Positions 63,493 through 64,000 of a DNA stretch of 64,000 bases are shown here, one piece after another. Position numbers and translations under genes: made by a program. The DNA lies in assembly GCF_018977255.1 (NCBI RefSeq), contig NW_024704743.1:87546001-87610000 (forward strand). Reading direction: 5' to 3'. The first letter of the stretch is position 1. Every line of letters starts with the position of its first letter. This DNA is from Callorhinchus milii (taxonomy: Eukaryota). Under the pieces are notes generated by a model. It was not told where the DNA came from and did no database searches. It saw nothing but the letters and a program-made list of their open reading frames with translations.

Positions 63493-63812
63493 GGAGTCCT
63501 GTAGCTCAGTGGTTAGAGCACTCGCTTTGCAAATGAGAGATCTGAGTTCAATTCCAGGCAGGGCGAAACCTTGGGCAAGTTTCCTTACTCCACACAGAGC
63601 CTAATAATAATCCCTCCAAAACCCAAAACAATAATAAATTGGTCATTTTCAATCTACGACTGTTTGTGGGACATTGCTGTGCGCAATTGGCTGCCGCGTT
63701 CGCCCACAAATATACAGTCAATTCACTTTACAGTGTGTTCTGTGAAGCGCTTTGGGACGTCCTCCCGACGTGAAAAGCGCTATATCAAATGCAAGGATTA
63801 TTATTATTATTA
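63493..63812 (+). mobile_element. Young full-length tRNA-SINE, short subfamily
   Basis: A box, B box GAGTTCAATTCC, tail hairpin with CTCCC loop, (TTA)n. Confidence 0.95.
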
Positions 63813-64000
63813 TATTTTACAGTATATTGAAAAAGCCTGACATTGTAAGGAGTAACAGAGAGGAAATATGAAGCAGGCTTAGTGATATTTCTACCCATTA
63901 ACTAGACTACTGGACTCATTGTGATAGCATTGATTAATGGTGTGCAGACTGAGCCCTTAGTCTAGGCTGTGTCGCCTGTGCTGTGCTGGGGACTATGATT

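Noticed and set aside
1..64000. CRISPR arrays, operons or other prokaryotic systems
   Set aside because: The sequence is vertebrate genomic DNA; the recurring hairpins are retroelement tails, not regularly spaced arrays.

Overview
Repeat-rich vertebrate genomic DNA. The mix of L2 and CR1 LINEs with DeuSINE-like and tRNA-SINE families suggests a cartilaginous fish, probably a holocephalan (inference). Two convergent genes are present. (1) A long uninterrupted, 5'-partial RBM12B coding region on + (<2..1924, four RRMs visible). (2) A complete CIBAR1/FAM92A gene on -, reconstructed by hand as 9 coding exons (933 nt, 310 aa), including a U12-type intron followed by a 6-nt microexon. The CIBAR1 exons are out of order: exon 1 and its CpG-island promoter (about 23.3 kb) lie between exons 3 and 4. 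A single SINE is split exactly between 21294 and 34959, which indicates that block 21295-34933 is misplaced, most likely by misassembly at a noisy 2-kb GT repeat and a 25-N gap. The rest is mostly nested L2/SINE insertions with informative tail structures and recurrent insertion sites. I found no convincing wholly new biological system; the best leads are the splicing architecture, the structural anomaly and the retroelement biology. Exon boundaries were read base by base; repeat boundaries are approximate; family names come from recall, not database searches.
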